A stretch of 64,000 nt of DNA from Eukaryota sp. TZLM1-RC. Its lineage: Eukaryota > Protista > Metamonada: BaSk clade. The position numbers and the translations under genes are program-made. Positions 58,844-64,000 of this stretch are shown here, one piece after another. How positions within the stretch are numbered: position 1 is the stretch's first letter; every line of letters starts with the position of its first letter. Below the pieces are notes generated by a model. The model ran no database searches and was not told the DNA's origin. It saw nothing but the letters and a program-made list of their open reading frames with translations. The stretch spans positions 1,736,001 to 1,800,000 of the forward strand of contig JAUPSS010000002.1 of the NCBI GenBank assembly GCA_040285825.1, written 5' to 3'.

Positions 58844-59740
58844 TTAGGCACCACTATGAAATTTCAGTGGTTTTGAACATATTTCCGCTACCACTGGAGT
58901 CTGAAGTTCTAGCTCTCCATCTACAAGTACTTGGAGATCAGCTGGTTCTAGAATCTCAACTTTCCGGCAGCGAATATGCTCTCCACACTTTTGGAATCCA
59001 CCAAAAAATCCTCTAAGCTTCGATAGTTTCTGCAAGAGACCAGCACCCTGATAGATGAAGAGATCAAGATATCCATCGCTTGGATTGATCTCAGGGCTCC
59101 AATTCAATCCCCCCGTAGATGGAGCATTCAAAACAAAGATACCAATTGCAGAACGTTCAAGAATCACATCGTCTACCTTCAACACGTAATTCTCCGAAGA
59201 GGTAGCTAGTAGGGCAGGTAAAATTTGAAAGTACTATGATGAGGAAACATTTATGCATACATATGAAAACTGAGAAGATGGTAGTTTATTTCTAAAAACC
59301 CGGTGGTGTAATTCAACGAGAAAACCTGTTGAAAGCTTTGATAAAAAGAGAACATCCTTTTCGATATCTTCTGATAAACTCCGTGCCAAGACATAATCTA
59401 TATCACGTAGGTCGGCTTTTTCTTGAAAGGAAAAGAATCCAGTAGGACTTAAAGGGATTGATAAGCTTCTGTGCAGATCACAGACAGTACCAGAAGGAAA
59501 AAGTGATATAGGAATAGTTGGGGACATGCTTACTAGTTTGGGTAGGATGGTTTGTATAACTTTTCGAATAGTATCATCACCTCCTGCTATAATAATAGAG
59601 CTATAAGTTGATAGATCAGAAGGAGGACAATCATGTTCTAGAACATCACAACAATGAAATCTGGAGTCCGCAAAGAAGTACTTGTTGAAAACTGACTCAG
59701 AGAACCCCCCACTAGTTCTGTTGTATAATAATAGTTGCAT
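58844..59740 (-). CDS. YegS/BmrU/diacylglycerol-kinase-like lipid kinase; 27-nt intron 59234-59260
   Basis: YN..SG, AGGDDT, P.GT..DL.RSL, DG.LD, VDGE motifs. Removing GTATGC..CTCATCATAG joins the two track ORFs in frame. Confidence 0.8.
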
Positions 59741-61512
59741 GGGAAATTCCCATAAATACACAATCCAAATTGTGAAATAATTACAAAAACTATCTACTAG
59801 ACAGATACTGAAGCATTTCAATACCACTCATTCCGGCTCCAGCAAGTGCAAACATATTCAGACAAGCCAGCTGATTTCTATTGAAGAGCTTTGTTGAGCC
59901 TTTGTTATTGAATTTACAACTCTCACTATTACAAGCTAATAAACCATGACACGTAGTAAAAGGAGTCTTTTCTCTTCTTTAGAATCTGGGATTTGTTACT
60001 CTCAAAAACGTAGCAACCTTTTCAAAACAAACAGGACATTTTGCTGAAGTGAAAGCTTCATTAATCATCAATACTTCAAATCCATTTCTTTTCAAAAATT
60101 GAATCCATCCAATGCCTCAAGTAGGTCTCTGGTGTTTTAAATTCTTGGAACCTTTTTACTATAATCACCCATTAGTATTACAGTGTCTTTTGGATTGCCA
60201 AACTGCTGCACAAGATTTTTTAACAACCCAATTTCAGTCTTTTGTTTGTGAATAAAAGCTTGCATTTTATGAATGCTCCACAAGTCAAGACTGTAAAAGT
60301 CAATTGTCAAAAACAACTTGGCGCAAAGTTGGAAAAACCTGTAAAAGTTGCTGAATTGGCAGTAAACGCAGATAATTGGGTATTTACATCTTTGATTGTC
60401 ATTTCATTAAACTCTATCATTTGGTTCCTGTCGTAATCTATTTCAGTATACTTTGTAGCCCATCGTTTTTGTTTTTCATTCATCCTACTTTTCAAAGACC
60501 AGGACATCTGAGTCATTCTCAACCATTTGTACTTCTTGTCTTGATTCATCACCCGACTATTTCTTTGCTGTTCAGTTTCATGTTCAGGCACCATGGCTAG
60601 TTCTTCATCAGTCTTTTTACTCCCAAAATATAATAAATCACGTTTTCCAGGATCACAAACAACAATTAGTATGCCTTGAAAAATATCAACATCAACATCA
60701 TCAATATATAAATTCGATATACTGGCCTTGTTGCCTGGCTTACATTTCTGACCTTGTAAACCCTGACGAACAAATTCTACTGCAATCTTAAATCCATCTG
60801 TGTGGATAATGTCGTTGAATTTATAGCTCTTCTGCTTGAACATTGGTTGGTTTAAATCGATAATATTAGACCAAAGGTCAAATTGCTCAGGTGGTTTGAA
60901 TCTATGAACTTGGGCTTGTGTATTGACCATTTTTAAACTCTGATCAGGCAACAAATCGGCCATCAATGTTTGTTTGATAATTGTCCATATTGTTCCTGTA
61001 TCAATAGGATAAAATTCAGGGCCTACGGTGGTTGAAACGGGAGAAATTTGATAAGGTTTTCTCTCTCTACTGGAGATATATTGGGCAATTGTAATTGCTG
61101 GTTTTAGGAATATTTGAGGATCTGTTTCCACAGCGTCTGCAAGAATATGTATATCCACTGGAAATATGTTATCAACTAAATTCTCGTCAGTGACCAGATT
61201 CTCAATTTGACAAGTAAAAGGCTCAATAAGACCTTCAAATATGTCTCTACGTTCATTATTTCTTATATCATGTTGTTCACATAAATCGAAAAATTCATCA
61301 TTTTGGAGGTTTGAAATATTTTTAGGATGATGAAACAAAGAACTCAAGCAATCTCTATCATCAACTAAAAACAAGTTTTTGAATTGACGAAGTCTAAATC
61401 TAAAAAGTGAAATAATTGTAGATAATGGCGTCGAGTATCCACCCAGCTTGTGCCTTTCTGATAACACATTTTCCAAATCTGGTTTGTCAAAAAAGACATT
61501 AATAAATCGATT
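59740..61512 (-). pseudogene. Fanzor family A copy 3, 5'-truncated
   Basis: Homologous to 14837-16627 with small deletions. The terminal hairpin ends on the A of the lipid-kinase ATG. Confidence 0.92.
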
Positions 61513-61539
61513 GTCAAACAAGTGATTCTCTTCGTGCAC

Positions 61540-64000
61540 CTGTTAAAATTCCTGTAGAGGTGAGTCCTGCCAGTTCTGTTCCTGTGTCAATGGAAATGCG
61601 TTTGTTTTCTCCCAATTACTATTAAACAAATGGAACATAACAAGATTTTGGAAATTCTTTGCCAAAAAGAACAAGAAATCAATTAATTACAAACCAAAAC
61701 AAAGTGAAGCTAGTTCATCGTTTCGAGCAAGCAAATTGTTCCTGAGAGGTAGGTATGGAAGCGGTTTAAAAAATATTTTTTCAGGTATGTTGGCTGATAA
61801 TAATTATGACACTGTTGAAAAACTGTCAATATTGGCTCGAAAAGCCTTATCAGGCTCAAGAAGTACTCAATGCTATTGCTAAATTGCCAAAAAAAGCTCC
61901 TGGTCCCTCAGGCATTTCCGTTGATTTGTTAAAAACTGCTTGTAAAAATACTCCAGAAATTTCTGAGGCTCTTGCCATTTATTTTCAAAGTTTAATGTGT
62001 TTGAATTATGTTCCTCCACCTATATTGACTGCTGCCCGGTTAGTTGCTTTAGTTAAACCAGGAAAAAGTAACAAACCTGATGGAGTTAGACCAATTCCTA
62101 TTGGAGAGTCTTTAACCAGATTGCTTCCTTCGCTTATTTTTAACAGAATTTCTACTGAGGCAAAAACTATTTGAAACCTTTTCAATTTAGTATTAAAACT
62201 ATTGAAGGTGCTTCTGTTGCCTCAATGACTTCAGATGTTTTTTTCAATAGTAAGCAACATCAATCTATTTTCAATTTGGACTTTAAAAATGCCTTTAATT
62301 CAGTAAAACGTAACTGCATTTACGATGTCCTTCTTCAAGAATTTCCAGAACTTTCAGCATATTTTTATTTATTTTATGGAAAAAAGTCGGACTTAATTTT
62401 TGACACCTTTCCCCTTGAATCTTCTTCTGGTGTAAAACAAGGTGATCCTCTTGGTCCATTGCTTTTTTGTTTCCCATCCATAATACTATTGAAATGACCC
62501 AGAAAGAATTCCCTGAATTACGTATTATTGCTTATATGGATGACATTTCTGTTATTGGTTCTTATGAAAGCAGTTGTACGGTTTCTGAAGGAATTGCTGC
62601 GAAATACAAAGACATTGGATTAGCCTTGAATCCAGCAAAATGTCTCTTGAATGGAAGAACAAAACAATCTTTATTGATTGATGGTGCTCATATTCCCTTT
62701 ATTAATTATGAACAACAAGCGTTCAAGTTTCTTGGATGTTGGTTAGGTAATTTGGATGAAATTTATTCCTAGTTGAACAATTTATTGGAGAATTTTGACA
62801 AAGATCTTAGTTTTATTGCTGAATGTGATATTGAAAGACACATCAAATTTTTTATTTTAAAAATTTGTTATTCTGGAAGTTATTCTCATATTTTAAGGTT
62901 AACTCCTCCTTCAGTATCTCTTGATTTTTGTAGATCTTTCAACAAACTTCGGGTCAATTTTTTTTTCTTTATTGGAGGAAAATGAATCTTTTATTCGAAG
63001 TCATGTTTTTTGTTTTGCTGAATTGGGTGGAATTGGTTTCACAAAATCTTCGATTTTATGTAAAGCAGCTTTTTAGGAAGTGGAAAAAATTTTATTTTTG
63101 AATTTTTTTAAAGGTTTCCTTATGATGTTCATTTGATCCATGGGGAATCAAATTTTTATTTGAATCAACTTCAAATTGAATTAGATAATTTGCCTAGTGA
63201 TTTCTGGATTCAGTGTTTTACTCAAAATGTTCAAGAAAATCCCACCCGATCACTTCCAAATTTACGTTTTTGCATGAAAAAGCTTCAGCACCATCTGGTT
63301 GAATTATATGAAGGCTTGGATTATGAAATAAGACTTGGCTTGGCCAAAACTGAAAATCCCGCTTTCGCTAATTTTTTAAAGGACATTCGTGATAGTTATG
63401 CTGCTGCTTCAGTAACTCAAATTCCCTCTGTTTATGGACTTTTGTTAAAAAAACAATGAATGGCTTTTAAACATGCGTTTTCGTTGTTTTCTGTGGCCAA
63501 ACAATTTGCCCAATCATTTAACTTGTAAATGTGGTAAACCTCTTTTGTTTACTCATCTTTTGAACTGTAAACATTTCATTACATTTAGAAGCAAAGTGCA
63601 TAATAATGTCAGAGACCAAATTTATGTAATGTGCAAATCATCTCAAGTAGATTCCTTTTTAGAGCCGTTCATATCAAAATTAATTCTTGATGACCCCAAT
63701 ATTGATAGTACGCGTTACTACAGAGCTTCTGTGGGTCTGACAAGAGGTGATCTAGTTGTTCCCGGTTTAAATGGTAGTTTTACTATTTTAGACGCCATGT
63801 CTATTGACCCTTGTAATTCTTCTAACGAACATCTCATTAACTCGGATGTAAATAATCCTCTTCTTGCAGGCGAAAAATATAAAATTGCTAAATAAGCGAA
63901 ACCCATTTCCTCGGTTAATGAAAATTCTCATGCCCAATATAATTTATGTCCCTTTGTTTTTTCCTTGCTTGGATCTCTAGGTAAGGCTGCTATGGATTTC
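61540..64000 (+). mobile_element. CRE-like non-LTR retrotransposon (group II), RT plus CCHC plus RLE, frameshifted, runs off window
   Basis: APGPSG, RPIPIGE, LDFKNAFNS, GVKQGDPLGPLLF, YMDD, CKC..HLLNC, RGDLVV..ILD. Confidence 0.9.

Noticed and set aside
59741-59827. N-terminal extension of the lipid kinase in the ORF track
   Set aside because: It is the Fanzor-A3 right end; kinase similarity starts at Met 59740.

Overview
AT-rich, gene-compact eukaryotic (protist-like) genomic DNA in the standard code, with rare 27-32 nt spliceosomal introns. About 16 host genes (PSMD5-like, SKA2, three Frag1/DRAM-like, galactokinase, YJU2/CWC16, RPS21, SNRNP27, RPL44/eL42, RING-pseudokinase, PMCA Ca-ATPase, RMD5/GID2, a TM-RING ligase, a YegS/DAGK-like kinase and a possible CCZ1/HPS4-like protein) sit among nested mobile DNA. 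The mobile DNA comprises many fragments of two CRE-like RLE non-LTR retrotransposon groups, a 7.4 kb Ty3/gypsy element inserted in a MULE remnant, a 1.1 kb gag-only LTR element, a solo LTR, and five Fanzor (eukaryotic TnpB) copies from three families. The main candidate for a new system is the Fanzor set. Families A and B carry an N-terminal PolB-type DEDDy 3'-5' exonuclease fused to Fanzor. The longest A copy is preceded by a Cys-rich repeat ORF containing a 2A StopGo motif (DVEANPGP). All three A copies share a RuvC-III D-to-N change, a +1 frame break and a structured 3' end (putative omegaRNA). Four of the five Fanzor 3' ends lie 0-70 nt upstream of the ATG of a co-oriented host gene. All family assignments come from motif recognition by eye; no searches were run.
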